From Laetmonice hystrix (Eukaryota), in NCBI GenBank assembly GCA_965235115.1, contig OZ249436.1:25732001-25796000 (forward strand): 64,000 nucleotides of DNA, read 5' to 3'. Positions 1 to 12,779 of the stretch are shown one piece after another. The position numbers were made by a program, and so were the translations under genes. Positions within the stretch are counted from its first letter, which is position 1. Each line of letters begins with the position of its first letter. The notes below the pieces were generated by a model. It was not told where the DNA came from. It searched no databases and worked only from the letters and a program-made list of their open reading frames with translations.

Positions 1-551
1 CCTTGTGTGCATAATATGTTTCCTGCTACCATCGGCTTTTCCCTCTGTAGATCAGCATAGCGCTGTGCCCTCGCTGTTAGATCGTTCAGTTGTACTGCCC
101 CGCTCATTACCACGAATGTTTTCATCTCAAACGGTAACCCGTTCAGGAACTGTTCCCTGACTAGTTCTGGCCCCAGGTTCAGCCTCTCTGCTAACCTTCT
201 TAGCTTGTTCGAATATCGCTCCACGCTATCTGGTGGTGTCCACCTGAGCGACCTAAAAGCTTCCAAAGACGCTTCTCTTGACGTTAGTCCTGAGAAATAT
301 AGTGTGAAAGCATCCCTTAAGTTTGCAGGGTTATTAAACTGCTTATTCGCGATCCATTCTCTGGCTTCACCACTGAGTGATAGTTTGAACTGGTTAACCT
401 TGTTGTTATCGTCGTATTGATGCGCTATACAATAGTCCTCCCATTTCAACCAATGACTGTACGGGTTTGAATCACCTTCCCCTGTAAAAAGTCTGGGAAA
501 CAAATCGTGTAACCTTGGGAGATACCCATGTTGTTGATTCGGGTTGGCCAT
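1..551 (-). CDS. gag: LTR retrotransposon (Ty3/gypsy-like) Gag, N-terminal part; runs off the left edge
   Basis: Manual translation from ATG at 551 is open to position 1: MANPNQQHGYLPRLHDLFPRLFTGEGDSNPYSHWLKWEDYC...KVNQFKLSLSGEAREWI...SVERYSNKLRRLAERL...VREQFLNGLP. This has the retrotransposon capsid pattern (F.G...W, L.G.A..W, F..GL) and lies downstream of a PBS and LTR. It is absent from the ORF track because it has no stop in the window. Confidence 0.85.
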   Translation of the reverse strand, partial: MANPNQQHGYLPRLHDLFPRLFTGEGDSNPYSHWLKWEDYCIAHQYDDNNKVNQFKLSLSGEAREWIANKQFNNPANLRDAFTLYFSGLTSREASLEAFRSLRWTPPDSVERYSNKLRRLAERLNLGPELVREQFLNGLPFEMKTFVVMSGAVQLNDLTARAQRYADLQREKPMVAGNILCTQ

Positions 552-793
552 TGCCTTTCTTTGTTTTGTGAGCTTTGCACCGTCTATCGAACTACCTGTA
601 CGTTACAACTGTTAAACTTGTTTTGACTACTTGTTTTGTTTTGTTTTTCACCTTGCTTTTCGTCCACACGGTTATTGCTTACTGACATGAACCTCCGATG
701 CCCTGGTTGAACATAAAGCTAGCACATATCAAAGAATGGGTCTTACCATTTTGTTGTCGTGCAGCTCATTGTCGTTCGAAGCAGATCCGGTTG

Positions 794-803
794 TTCTCCA
801 CCA
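794..803 (-). promoter_or_regulatory. Primer-binding site TGGTGGAGAA (complementary to a tRNA-Ala-type 3' end)
   Basis: TGG-starting motif immediately inside the LTR end and upstream of gag; matches the ...UCUCCACCA acceptor end typical of tRNA-Ala. Confidence 0.65.
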
Positions 804-808
804 TGTTA

Positions 809-1304
809 TGTTGTGAACATGGAAGGGAAGACAGACTTGTTGTGTGCTGAGGTTTTATTCGTCACGATAGACAGTCGCGTCGTGCGTTCTCGTCTCTGTC
901 TATCTCTCTCTCTCTTTCTATTACATTGTTGTACTATATATACTAAAATGCTTATCATTAGTCAGGTGATTACAAATGGGTCCTCTCTGTAGTGGAGGAG
1001 GGTGCATGATACTTATTTGTTTGCATAAGGAAACGTATGTGGTCATGAAAGATTGGAGCTGACATGGTGTGCTTACATTACTGCGGGAGGTGTTCTATCT
1101 TTCCTTAGATGTAATGATTATGCTTCATTACACAAGAGCTCGATTACATGACAGTGGTATGTGTGTTTGGACTTGTTCCTTTGATAGTGTGGTTATCTCT
1201 AACCATGACTGAGAACAAAGGTCTGATAACAGTGTCCAGGCATGTCCATGTTATCTGGTTGGTAAGTATAGTCTGTTGTGTAAAGTTCAGATAAATATAC
1301 CACA
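809..1304 (-). mobile_element. 5' LTR of the gypsy-like element (boundaries approximate)
   Basis: Minus strand starts TGTGGTATAT (1304) and ends TTCACAACA (809; 804 also possible). TATA-like run at 935-942 is followed by AATAAA at 854-859, the expected order. The second LTR is outside the window, so the ends are not confirmed. Confidence 0.65.
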
Positions 1305-1319
1305 CTACTGACGGGAATA

Positions 1320-3672
1320 ACTAGACACGTTGTGGCGATACCACAATTGATCCCATCCCCGGGGAGTCACGTGATATATGACTTCCTATTCCTGTTCAAT
1401 AGTAACCATGGCTCAATCTTTCACCGTTTACGAGTTGGAGGCTTAGGAAAATAATTTTAATATCATTATAATCTCATACGTCATGATCCTGCTTTCATGC
1501 AGGCTCAGATCCAGTACCGCAAGAAAGGAGGGGCACCAAAGGTGCAAGGCGAACATGGGCGCGGGGGGGGGGGGACTTGAATTTAGAAAGTCAAAGAACG
1601 TTACTTCTGGAGCTAGATGTGAAGTTTTTCAAAGTATTTCAGGCGCATGTAGGGGTCCGGGGGTTGGACCCCCTCTCCTGCTCCCCCAGAGCATAGATTC
1701 ATTTTTCCTTAGATTCAGCGGGACACCATCGAACGAAGAGGTGCAAAGCATTCTGCCTATTTTAAACTGGTTGAGTGATGAATAGGCCTACACAAAATAT
1801 AGTGCACTAAATGGGTCCATAAAAGGCTTCTAATTTAAAAAAAAAACATTTCGGCGACCACCCTGCTGAAAATCCTAGATACGTGGCTGTATTTAGACCT
1901 AGCCTAACAATAATGTCAATTCTTCAAAAAGAAAGAGTGCAGATACGCCCCTGACATGTCGAAAGGGATCATAGAGATCTACTGCATGGTATATCTACCT
2001 ATTTTGATATATTAATCATTGTGGAAGGATACATTAAAATCGTAATTATATCTAGAGACTCTGATTGCCAAGCAATACAGGTAGGTCCCATTTCCCGAAT
2101 GGTTTTCTATCATTACCTATATTTTTCTCTCATTTAATTATTGTCCCAACAATAGCGTCATTTCCATTCACATGGAAGTTACTAAGTATCCTTTTGACAT
2201 TATGAAATATTATAGTCCTGATGGATTATATGGATTATACCCGTTACGGGCATCATGAAAAATATCACAGACTCAAGAACAATAGGTGCGAATGTCATCC
2301 ACACCAGGCTGTTGGCTCACGCTGAAACCAAGTGCAGCTGGCCAAAAGTTTGCCGTGTCTCTTGAACTCCACAGCCAACAATCAGTAGTAGCCTAGTGTT
2401 TTATTCAGCTCTCCTATGTAAGATTTAAAAACAAATGCATTAGACAGTTATATCTACAGTTCAAAGGCACAGCTAATTCAGTTATGTCAGTTCTGAATAC
2501 ACAATCATCCTCCACCAAACCGACCCTGACTGGGAGGGAGGGGGTGGAGTCACAACCCGCCTGCCGACCCGGCCGCCTGGCCGGCCCTTATCACCAGCGC
2601 TTACGTAACCCTCTGCCGACCCTGGCTCTGGCCTCCCAGCAGGTGATTTGTGTATTCAGAGATGCCACCTGTCAGAGTGTAAAAATATTATAGTGAAGAC
2701 TATACCCATTAAAACTTACAATTCTGGCCATATTACCTTTCCAAAACAAGAACTAAACAGTCAGTGGTATACCTGAATCTATACACTTTGTAATTGTTGT
2801 ATTTGTATATGGCTATCTTAAACAGGTTTAAGGTAGAGCCTGTCAACGTCAGATTACATTATTTCATCATAAATAAAAAAGATATTGGTAAATTTATGAA
2901 AAGAAATATGCAAAGTGACCAATCGTCAATAGCAGCACATATCTAGTGACCAAATACACGATTCCTATATGACTAAAGCAGTTTTAGAAAAAAATGTCAA
3001 AAGTGACAAACTTCAAAGTCACGTGGTTCGGCGAAAATAGGTCAAATCGCTAATCCTTGGAATCGTATTGTGAACCTTTCGTTAGAGAGTGTTTTTGCCG
3101 AATATTGTCGAATTTTACCAAAAAATAGAGAAGGAGAAGCAATTTAACCGATTTGTGACCAATGACCCAGTTCACCCTAAGGTCAAAGGTCAAAGGTCAA
3201 ATCAAGACTCAAATTAAGGCAGCACCTTTGGCCGATTATGAGGGCATGACGGGTTTTTAAAAAAAATTCCCAATATGAGCTTAAAAATGGCTTCAATTTT
3301 CATAATACGTTTGACGTCATCACGTCATGACGTGACGTTACATGACGTCAGGATTCGATGCCTGACCATACTTTGTCATTGTCAAGATGTGTGCCAAATT
3401 TCATTTTGATATTTTGAAAATTGACTGAGATAGACATACAAGTTTACTACTACTACTACTACAACTACGACGCCAAAAATAATACAGAAGACGAAACCAC
3501 ACAATTTCTAAATCCCATCCCCTCCGTAGGGGATGGGATAATAATAATATGGAAGACGAAACCATACAACTTTAAGATCCCATCCCCCTCCATGGGGGAT
3601 GGGATAATAATACGGAAGATGAAACCATACAATTTTAAGATCCCATCCCCCTATCGGGGGGATGGGATAATA
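1320..3672 (-). mobile_element. Non-autonomous Helentron (HINE) nest: three 5' heads and one family-A body
   Basis: Three ATCCCATCCCC-loop-GGGGATGGGAT hairpin heads (3485-3672), (GTA)n at about 3445-3468, and a 3' end GGGGATGGGAT-caa-TTGTGG tatcg CCACAA-cgtgt-CTAGT at 1320-1360. Reverse complement of the bodies at 7855-24534. Confidence 0.85.
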
Positions 3673-4408
3673 AGACCCACATTATTATGTCCACATTATT
3701 TGGAACAGCAGTTAGTTAGTACTTGGTATATGGGGATCGGGGGTGACAGACGGCCTTCTCCTTAATCGGACTGAAGTCAGCGGGCTGGGGAGGGGGACTG
3801 GTGGTGGAAGGGACGTCCTGGCGGGAGGGAAGGCCGCCACCGCTACTGCTGCAAACCCTTCATCTAGGTATAGGTATGATTCTCTGACCAACAGTTCTCA
3901 GAACAGACGAACCCGATTTTGACCCAAAACCCACAAGATTTACTTTCTACTCACATACACACACCTAGACACTGCCCACTGCACTGCGTTCTGTTTCATT
4001 AAATATCTCCATAAAAGACTGGCGGATGATCCAGGATTTTGCGTTGGGATGGGGGGGGGGTGGTGAAGGCAATTATAGAGACATGATAACTGTGGTATAT
4101 TCTTTCTTTCATACCGCATGTTAAGTAGGGCTGTATAAATAAAGGATATACACCGTTCAAAAGCACGGCTCCCTGGTTTATCATAGATTTAACAATTTAA
4201 CCACCAGATCCCTGCCACTGGCAAAGATGCGCCTTTAAAAACTATATTAAGAAGCATCATTCTGCAGAAGTTCATGGCGCTGCTCGGCAGGCGAAGGGCT
4301 GAGGACACGTGTGTTCCCACGCTTAGCTGCCGCCCCCTGCCGAAAAAGTGGTATTTATTTTTCAAACCTTCAGCCTATATGAACTGTTGTACATTCTGTA
4401 AATAGCTG

Positions 4409-5395
4409 TGTGGCAACCCTTATTGTAAAAATTACCCTTAATGTAAAAATGTTTACATTAAGTAAAAATTATTACATTAAGGGTTGCTGGTTAACCCTTA
4501 ATGTATAATTTTTTTACATTAAGGGTTGCGGCCATAACCCTTACTATAAAAATTTTTACATTAAGGGTTGGAAGTGATGATATTTTTTTTTTACATTATG
4601 GGTTATCGATAAAATGTCCCCGCCTTGAGCTGAGAAGGGGTATACCGTTATCTATGAAGACCACAAGGTGACATACCCGCCACTCGCCCCGCCACTCGCT
4701 CCGCTACTCGCCCCGCCACTCTAATCCTAACCCTAACCCTAACCGGCGGGTAGGTGAGTAGCGGGGCGAGTGGCGGGCCAAGTGGCGAGTAGCGGGGCGA
4801 GTGGCGAGGCAAGTAATGGGGCGAGTGGCGAGTAGCGGGGCGAGTGGCGGGTGGGACATTTCAGGCACATCCCCGTGGCGGCAGCACTGTCGTGCCGGTC
4901 CTTGCTCTAACAAAGTAGCACAAGACTAGATAGGATGACGGAGTTCCAATCTGTGTCAGCATGCCTTGCAACTTTTTGTTATGGAAAATTGTGGTGTGTA
5001 GGACTTCCTGAACTCGTAGAACCTTTAGATGTTTCTATATTTCATAATAAGTACAGTTTATGGCATCTAGACACGGATGAGAACTCCTTCGTCGTATCTA
5101 ATCTTGCGCTACTTTGTTAGAACGAGGACCGGTTCCATGGTGGCGCCACCATGCGTAACAAGATTTCACGAGTCGCCCATTAAATTGAAGCCAAGAGACT
5201 TTATTAGAACTTTTTCACAATGAGGGGCGATATATAATTATGTGATTAACCCTTAGTGTAAAAAATATTATTTTTACATTAAGGGTTGAGGGTGCAACCC
5301 TTAATGTATTTTTTTTTTACATTAAGGGTTGCGGGTTAACCCTTAATGTTAAAGTTTTTACATTAAGGGTAATTTTTACATTAAGGGTTGTCACA
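4409..5395. mobile_element. Foldback-like non-autonomous TIR element with 6-bp TSD
   Basis: Termini TGTGGCAACCCT / AGGGTTGTCACA, flanked by TAGCTG (4403-4408, 5396-5401); arms built from inverted AACCCTTAATGTAAAA repeats. Confidence 0.75.
4675..4860. repeat. GC-rich inverted repeat array around a short (CCCTAA)n tract
   Basis: (GCCACTCGCCCC)-like units face (GGGGCGAGTGGC)-like units, with CTAATCCTAACCCTAACCCTAACC at 4721-4744 between them. Confidence 0.75.
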
Positions 5396-5602
5396 TAGCT
5401 GACTACACCATCTGAAGAAAGGAAATTCTATTTAGGGCCTATCTTGAAAATCATCCCGTTTTACATGCAATTTAATACCTTTCTTTTGCTCCAAAATGGG
5501 CCAAAGCATTCACATCTCAATATTTGCTGAGGCATGTCTTCAGATCCCCTACCGGTCGCCCATTGGTTCTATAAGACCGGGATCGCAGCACCTACAGATG
5601 GA

Positions 5603-6224
5603 GCCACCAAATTGCAGATTGTATAAAGCACTGCTTTGTTTGGCTCAGAGCCTAATCACAAAAATAAAAGAAAAAATGCATAATACTCGCATAGTAACGT
5701 AAAATCACCTTATAAAATTATATTATAAAAGTATGTTCATATTTTTGTATTTAGCCTACTGTGTCACTTAATGATTTTCTTTGGCCTGTAAGTGTAACTG
5801 CTAAACGGTGCCACCAAACTGCAGACTGTATAAAGCACTGCTTTGTTTGGCTCAGAGCCTAATCATAAAAATAAAAGAAAAAACGCATAATACTCGCATA
5901 GTAACGTAAAATCACCTTATAAAATTATATATAAAAGTATGTTCATATTTTTGTATTTAGCCTACTGTGTCACTTAATGATTTTCTTTGGCCTGTAAGTG
6001 TAACTGCTAAACGGTGCCACCAAACTGCAGACTTTATAAAGCACTGCTTTGTTTGGCTCAGAGCCTAATCACAAAAATAAAAGAAAAAATGCATAATACT
6101 CGCATAGTAACGTAAAATCACCTTATAAAAGTATATATAAATGTATGTTCATATTTTAGTATTTAGCCTACTGTGTCGCTTAATGATTTTCTTTGGCCTG
6201 TAACTGTAACTGCTAAACGGTGCC
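5603..6224. repeat. Tandem repeat, 3 x about 206-207 bp
   Basis: GCCACCAAA...CTAAACGGT units start at 5603, 5810 and 6016 and are near identical. Confidence 0.9.
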
Positions 6225-6660
6225 AGATAGGCCCTCAGTTACCACTCAACACGATGGAAAGATATATGCTCTGTCAATTGATACCAATATTTATTATGTC
6301 GCATATCGTATGACGTCATAATGACGTCATTGGCATATTCTATGATTTTTCAGAGGCCTGTACATGCTAAACGGTACTGAACCCTATATCCTTGTCCCCC
6401 CCCTGGAAAAATTATCTTCCGATGGTTATGATAATGATGGCATTGGAATTTCTTTCAATTAACACCAAGATTCATGATGTATAGTAGCGTGCTGTCTGAC
6501 GTTATAATGACATTATTGGCATCTACTAAAGATTATAACTTATAAAAGGTACAAGATGGAACCATGTCTCATGCTGAGAACGAATAGAACAGAATGGGTC
6601 GCAGGGAACGCCCCAGGGGGATGGGATTCATAATGTGGCTATCGCCACATCCTATCTAGT
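6225..6660 (+). mobile_element. 3' part of a divergent Helentron subfamily
   Basis: Degenerate 146-bp-type monomers, then GGGGATGGGAT, stem-loop ATGTGGC-tatc-GCCACAT and CTAGT. Confidence 0.7.
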
Positions 6661-7329
6661 TATCCCATCCCCCCGATAGGGGGATGGGATCTTAAAATTG
6701 TATGGTTTCGTCTTCCGTATTATTATCCCATCCCCGTGGAGTTTAAGTTATCATGGGCGATATACCTGTATTCAGAACTGACTTAGCTGTGCCTTTGAAC
6801 TGTAGGTGTAACTGCCTAATGCATTTGTTTTTGAATCTTATGTAGGAGAGCTGAATAAAACAATACTACTGATTGTTGGTTGTGGAGTTCAAGTGACACG
6901 ACAAGCTTTTGGTCAGCTGCACTTGGTTTAGCCTGAGCCAACAGTCTGGTGTGGATGACATTCGCACCTATTGGTAAAGTTTCATGATGTATGACTACGT
7001 GTTGGCTAAATGGCGAGAGATAGAAGTGAACGAACGGTGTGCACAGTAGACAGGTATGCAGTCGTCCTGGCGAGCGGCACAATAGATGCAGCCATCACTT
7101 CAGCGGGTCTGCAGAGGGACAAGGGGAACGCTCTGTGAGAAATACTTAAGGACTGTTTATAGAAGAGGTACCTTCTCAGTCATATAACATGCCAGCCATC
7201 GGGCGGCAGCTCTCAATCAAATGAGCCGGTCAGGGGCGGTCAGTTAATTGGACGAGGGCCATCGGCCAATGACCAGTGGCCATCCTTTAGACTGGGACTG
7301 GGGCAAAAACGTGAACGAGGGGAAGAGCA

Positions 7330-7385
<56 letters not shown>

Positions 7386-9927
7386 CTAGGGGAGAAGGAG
7401 GAGAGAGAGAGAGCGCCGACCGGCGCCGCCGGGCGTGGGCACATCCCTCTATATCCCCACTCTTTTTTTTTGAAGAATTGACAAAAAATTATTGTTTGGC
7501 TAGCCCCGGGTCCAGGATTTTCAGCAGAGGGGTCACGGGAAGTCTTTAAAAATTAAAATCTCTTAGAAGAGATTTCCCGCCTTTTAGGGGCCATTTTAGG
7601 GCATTATATTTTATGGATTCAGCACTCAACCAGTTCAAAATAGCCGGAATGCTTTGCTCTATACATGCTCTTTCATTTGAGACCAAGATTTATTACGTAG
7701 TATGACGTGTCTCCTCATAATTGGCATCTTCTAAAGCTTATAAGTCATGAACTGTGCAAGATCGAGCCATAGTTTACCCTACTCAGAACATGTCATATAT
7801 CACGTGACTCCCCGGGGATGGGATCAATTGTGGTATCGCCACAACGTGTCTAGTTTTTGGCGATGTAGTAGTAGTTGTAGTAGTAAACAGTACCGTATAT
7901 CTCAGTCACTTTTCAAGATATCTCAACCAAACTTGGGACATAGTCGGAAAACGAGTTATGACGTCACGTCACGTCACGTCATGACGTTATGGTGTAAAGT
8001 GTGTTTTGCACGTTGAGGCCATTTTCTACGCACATATTAGGAATTTTTAAAACCCTTCATGCCATTGTAATCGGGCAAGGGTGATGCCTCAATCTGACAC
8101 TTGATTTGACCTTTGACCTTTGACCTTAGGGAGAACTGGGTCCTTGGTCACAAATCGGTTAAATCGCTACCCCTTCTTCATTTTATGGTAAAATCCGTCA
8201 ATATTGGGTTGATGGAAGGTTCTCCGCCTAATTATGGCGGGAGATGTGCTATCGGGAGAAATCTATAGGTTTGGTCGTATAGAACCTACTTGTGCTGCAT
8301 ACGCAGCGAAAACACGTCCGAGGACAAAATGCTGTGGTAGGATTATTTACTTGGATCCCTAGTACACGGTCATGTTGGATAATTGCCGGAAATCCTCAAA
8401 AACGTGTTTCATAGCATGCCCCTTTAATATTAAGCAAATACCAATAAATAGATTTTTATGGATTTTACACATCGACTTTCTGTTGCTTATTTGCAGTTGG
8501 AAAAATAGTTACAAAAACGTATAAAAGTGCGCTACTCGTTTCTGTTTTGGAGTCATGACATATCTAGTTTTGTGATAAAAAAAGACTCCAAGATGCAAAA
8601 ATTATATGTTTTCTCTTTGCGGATTTCAGAGTCAGGCACACATTTTCCGGGGCGTTGTCACAGGTGAACTCACATGGAGGACACGGCTGCAATACTACCA
8701 TTCGCACAATGGCCCATCTGTACCCACTACACATACACGGACGCCAATATGCGATATGTTTACTAATGGTCAATAAATGATTGTTTATTACTTATGGAGA
8801 TATTTCATACTTATGTTTTATTTTACCCCGAGTCACCCAATATAACCCTAGCGCCGCCACTGATATCCGAGGTACAGGTTAAAAACATCTCAAAATAGCC
8901 CGCGAGGAGCGGTTAACGGGTGCCGGGTCACGCTCGACTGTGCACTTTGCAACACTTGATCACTAGCGGGGATTCCCACTGAGGTCTCTGCAACACTTTG
9001 GCCCGCTAGGGTACCCGTTAGACACTTAACGGGAACCCGTACACATAGCGGCTTTTTATGCAACGGCCCCCAGGGTCGGCAGAGGGTTACGTAAGGGCTG
9101 GTGATAAGGGCCTGCTGGCTGGCCCGTCAGTTGTGACTACTCCCCTCCCTCACAGTCAGGCTGAGGTTGGAGGAATGTGATTGTGTATCCAGAACTAACA
9201 TAAGTGTATTAGCTGTGCCTTTGAACTGCAGGTGTAACTGTCTAATGCATTTGTTTTCTAATCTTACCTAGGAGAGCTGAATACATCTCAGGGACGGATC
9301 TCCACTCCGAAGAATTGACATTATTGTTAGGCTAGGTCTAAATACAGCCATGTATCTAGGATTTTCAGCAGGGTGGTCTCGGAAATGTTTTTTTTTAAAT
9401 TAGAAGCCTTTTATGGACCCTTTTAGTGCATTATATTTTGTGTATTCATCACTCAACCAGTTTAAATTAGGCGGAATGCTTTGCACCTGTTCGTTCGATG
9501 GTGTTCCGCTGAATTTAAGGAAAAATGAATCTATGCTCTGGGGGAGCAGGAGAGGGGGTCCAACCCCCGGACCCCTACCGACATGCGCCTGAAATACTTT
9601 GAGAAACTTCACATCTAGCTCCAGAAGTAACGTTCTTTGACTTTCTAAATTCAAGTCCCCCCCCCCCGCGCCCATGTTCGCCTTGCACCTTTGGTGCCCC
9701 TCCTTTCTTGCGGTACTGGATCTGAGCCTGCATGAAAGCAGGATCATGACGTATGAGATTATAATGATGTTAACATTATTTTCTTAAGCCTCCAAGTCGT
9801 AAACGGTAAAAGATTGAGCCATGGTTACTATTGAACAGGAATAGGAAGTCATATATCACGTGACTCCCCGGGGATGGGATCAATTGTGGTATCGCCACAA
9901 CGTAAACGTGTCTAGTTTTTCGGCGAT

Positions 9928-9960
<33 letters not shown>

Positions 9961-12470
9961 AACAGTACGTCTATCTCAGTCATTTTTCAAGATATCTCAA
10001 CCAAACTTGGTACACATCTTGACCATGAGAAGGTCTGGTAGGACAACGAGTTATGACGTGACGGGACGTCACGTCATGACGTGAAATGTGGTTTTGCACG
10101 TTGAGGCCATTTTCTATGCTCATATTAGGAATTTCCAAAAACCTTCATGCCATTGTCATCGGGCAAGGGTGTTGCCTCAATCTGACACTTAATTTGGCCT
10201 TTGACCTTTGACCTTAAGGAGAACTGGGTCCTTGGTCAAAAATCGGTTAAATCGCTACTTCTTCTTCATTTTGTGGTAAAATTTGACAATATTTGGCAGG
10301 AAGATTCTCTAACAAGAGCTTCACAACTGTTGTTGAACGGATGAGAGATTTGACCTATTTTCGCCGAACCACGTGACTTTGAAGTTTGTCACTTTTGACA
10401 TTTTTTTCTAAAACTGCTTTAGTCATATAGGAATCGTGTATTTGGTCACTAGATATGTGCTGCTATTCACGATTGGTCTCTTTGCATATTTCTTTTCATA
10501 AATTTACCAATTTTTTTTAGTTTGTGATGAAATAATGTAATCTGACGTTGACAGGCTCTACCTTGAAACGTGTTTAAGAAAGCGATATATAAATACAACA
10601 AGTACAAAGTGTATAGATTCAGATATACCACTGACTGGTTAGTTCTTGTTTTGGAAAGGTAATATAGCCAGAACTGTAAGTTTTAATGGGTATAGACTTC
10701 ACAATAATATTTTTGCCGTCTGACAGTTGGCATCTCTGAATACACAGATCTCCCACTCTGATGCGGCCGCCGGTCCCTGGCCAGGCCGGGAGAGAGTTAC
10801 GTGCTGGTGATAAGGGCCGGGCGGGCGGTTGTGACTACTCACCCCCTCCCTTCCTCCCAGTCAAGGTGGATTGGAAGAATATGTGTATTCAGAATAGACC
10901 TAACTGAATTAGCTCTATCTTTGAACTGTAACCTCACCTGAGTAGTTGGTGTTTAACGCCCAGTCAGCAGTATTTCAGCTATTTCAGGGCGAGATAGGTG
11001 TGACTGTCTAATACATGTACATGTTGTGGGGTCTCACATAGGGGAAGAGCTGAATAAAAGGATACTTTGATTGTTGGCAGTGGAGTTCAAGTGATACAAC
11101 AAACTTTTGGTCAGCTGCACTTGGATTCAGCCTGAGCCAACAGTCTGGTGTGGATGACATTCGCACCCATTTTCTTGCGTGAAACTGCCCTGACATGGTG
11201 CTTTATGATATATCTGTGATATTTTTCATAATGCCCGTAACAGGAATCTATGTAATCCATAAGGAGTATAATATTTCATAATGTCAAAGGGATACATAGT
11301 AACTTCCATGTGGATGAAAATGACACTATTGTTAGGACAATAATTAAATGAGAGAAAAATATTGGTAATGATCGAAAACCATTGGGGAAATGGGACCTAC
11401 CTGTATTGCTTGGCAATAAGAATTCCTGGATTTAATTAGTATTTACGATTATAACGTTGCCTTCCACAATGATTAATATCCAAATAGGTAGGTATACCGT
11501 GCAGTAGACCTCTATGATCCCTTTCGACATGTCAGGGGCGGATCCCCACTCTTTCTTTTTAAAGAATTGACAAAAATTAGTGTTAGGCTAGGTCTATATA
11601 CAGCTGCGTGTCTAGGGAATTTTTTTTTAAATTAGAAGCTCTTAGATGCGATTTTTCCTCCTTTTGTGGACCCTTTTAGTGCATTATACCTTGTGGATTC
11701 ATCACTCAACCAGTTTAAAATAGGCAGAATGCATTGCACCTGTTCGTTTGATGTTGTTCCGTTGAATCTAAGGGGAAAAGAATCCATACTCTGGGGGAGC
11801 ATGGGGGGGGGGGGGGGGGTCCGACCCCCGGACCCATGCTGACATGCGCCTGAAATACTTTGAGAAACTTCACATCAAGCATTCTTGACCATCTAAATTT
11901 AAGTCGCCCCCCCCCCCCACCATGTTCGCCTCACACCTTTGGTGCCCTTCCTTTCTTGCAGTACTATTGAACAGGAATAGGAAATCATACATTGTATGCT
12001 CTTTCAATTGACACCAAGATTTATTATGTACTGTATCATATGATGTCATAATGATGCCATTGACATCTTCCAAGGCTTCTAAGTAATAAACCATTCAAGA
12101 TAGAGCCATGGTTACAAACACGAATGGGAAGTCATATATGATCTTTCGCTTGACATTTTTTACATGACGTGTCTCATGACATCATAAGGTGTCATAGAAA
12201 TTTTTCTCAGGGCAATGACTTGTAAATGGTTGCGGTTGAAACTATAGTTAATATTAAACACTAATAGGAAGTACATGCTCTTTCATTTGAAACCAAGATT
12301 TATGTAGCCTGACGTGCCACCTCATAATTACGTCATTTACCTCTTTTAAAGCTTGTAAGTCATTAACCTCGCAAGATTGAGCCATATTGTTTACCCACTC
12401 AGAACGTGTCATATATGACGTGACTCCCCGGGGATGGGATCAATTGTGGTGTCGCCACAACGTGTCTAGT
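6661..12470 (+). mobile_element. Family-A Helentron run: two heads (second truncated), a rearranged body to 7854, headless bodies 7855-9916 and 9917-12470
   Basis: Repeated 3' ends (subTIR, TTGTGG..CCACAA stem-loop, CTAGT) at 7854, 9916 and 12470. The first two are followed directly by TTTT(C)GGCGATG(TAG)n body starts without a hairpin head. Confidence 0.85.
7333..7412. repeat. (GA)n microsatellite, interrupted
   Basis: Direct reading. Confidence 0.9.
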
Positions 12471-12724
12471 TATCCCATCCCCTACGGAGGGGATGGGATT
12501 TAGAAATTGTGTGGTTTCGTCTTCTGTATTATTATTATCCCATCCCCTACGGAGGGGATGGGATTTAGAAATTGTGTGGTTTTGTCTTCTGTATTATTAT
12601 CCCATCCCCTACGGAGGGGATGGGATTTAGAAATTGTGTGGTTTCGTCTTCTGTATTATTATCCCATCCCCTACGGAGGGGATGGGATTTAGAAATTGTG
12701 TGGTTTCGTCTTCTGTATTATTAT
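12471..12724 (+). repeat. Four tandem Helentron 5' heads (62-65 bp, loop TACGGA)
   Basis: TATCCCATCCCCTACGGAGGGGATGGGATTTAGAAATTGTGTGGTTTCGTCTTCTG(TAT)n x4. Confidence 0.95.
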
Positions 12725-12740
12725 TTTTGGCGATGTAGTT

Positions 12741-12779
<39 letters not shown>

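Noticed and set aside
3700..3870. Possible host exon (GC-rich, Pro-rich frame, splice-like motifs)
   Set aside because: No recognisable domain, ambiguous strand and no partner exons; it needs RNA evidence.
4721..4744. Interstitial telomere or chromosome fusion scar
   Set aside because: Only about three CCCTAA units, embedded in a TIR element.
12471..12724. Palindromic repeats that look CRISPR-like (also 44162-44424)
   Set aside because: The intervening sequences are identical rather than unique spacers, there are no cas genes, and the context is eukaryotic; these are Helentron heads.
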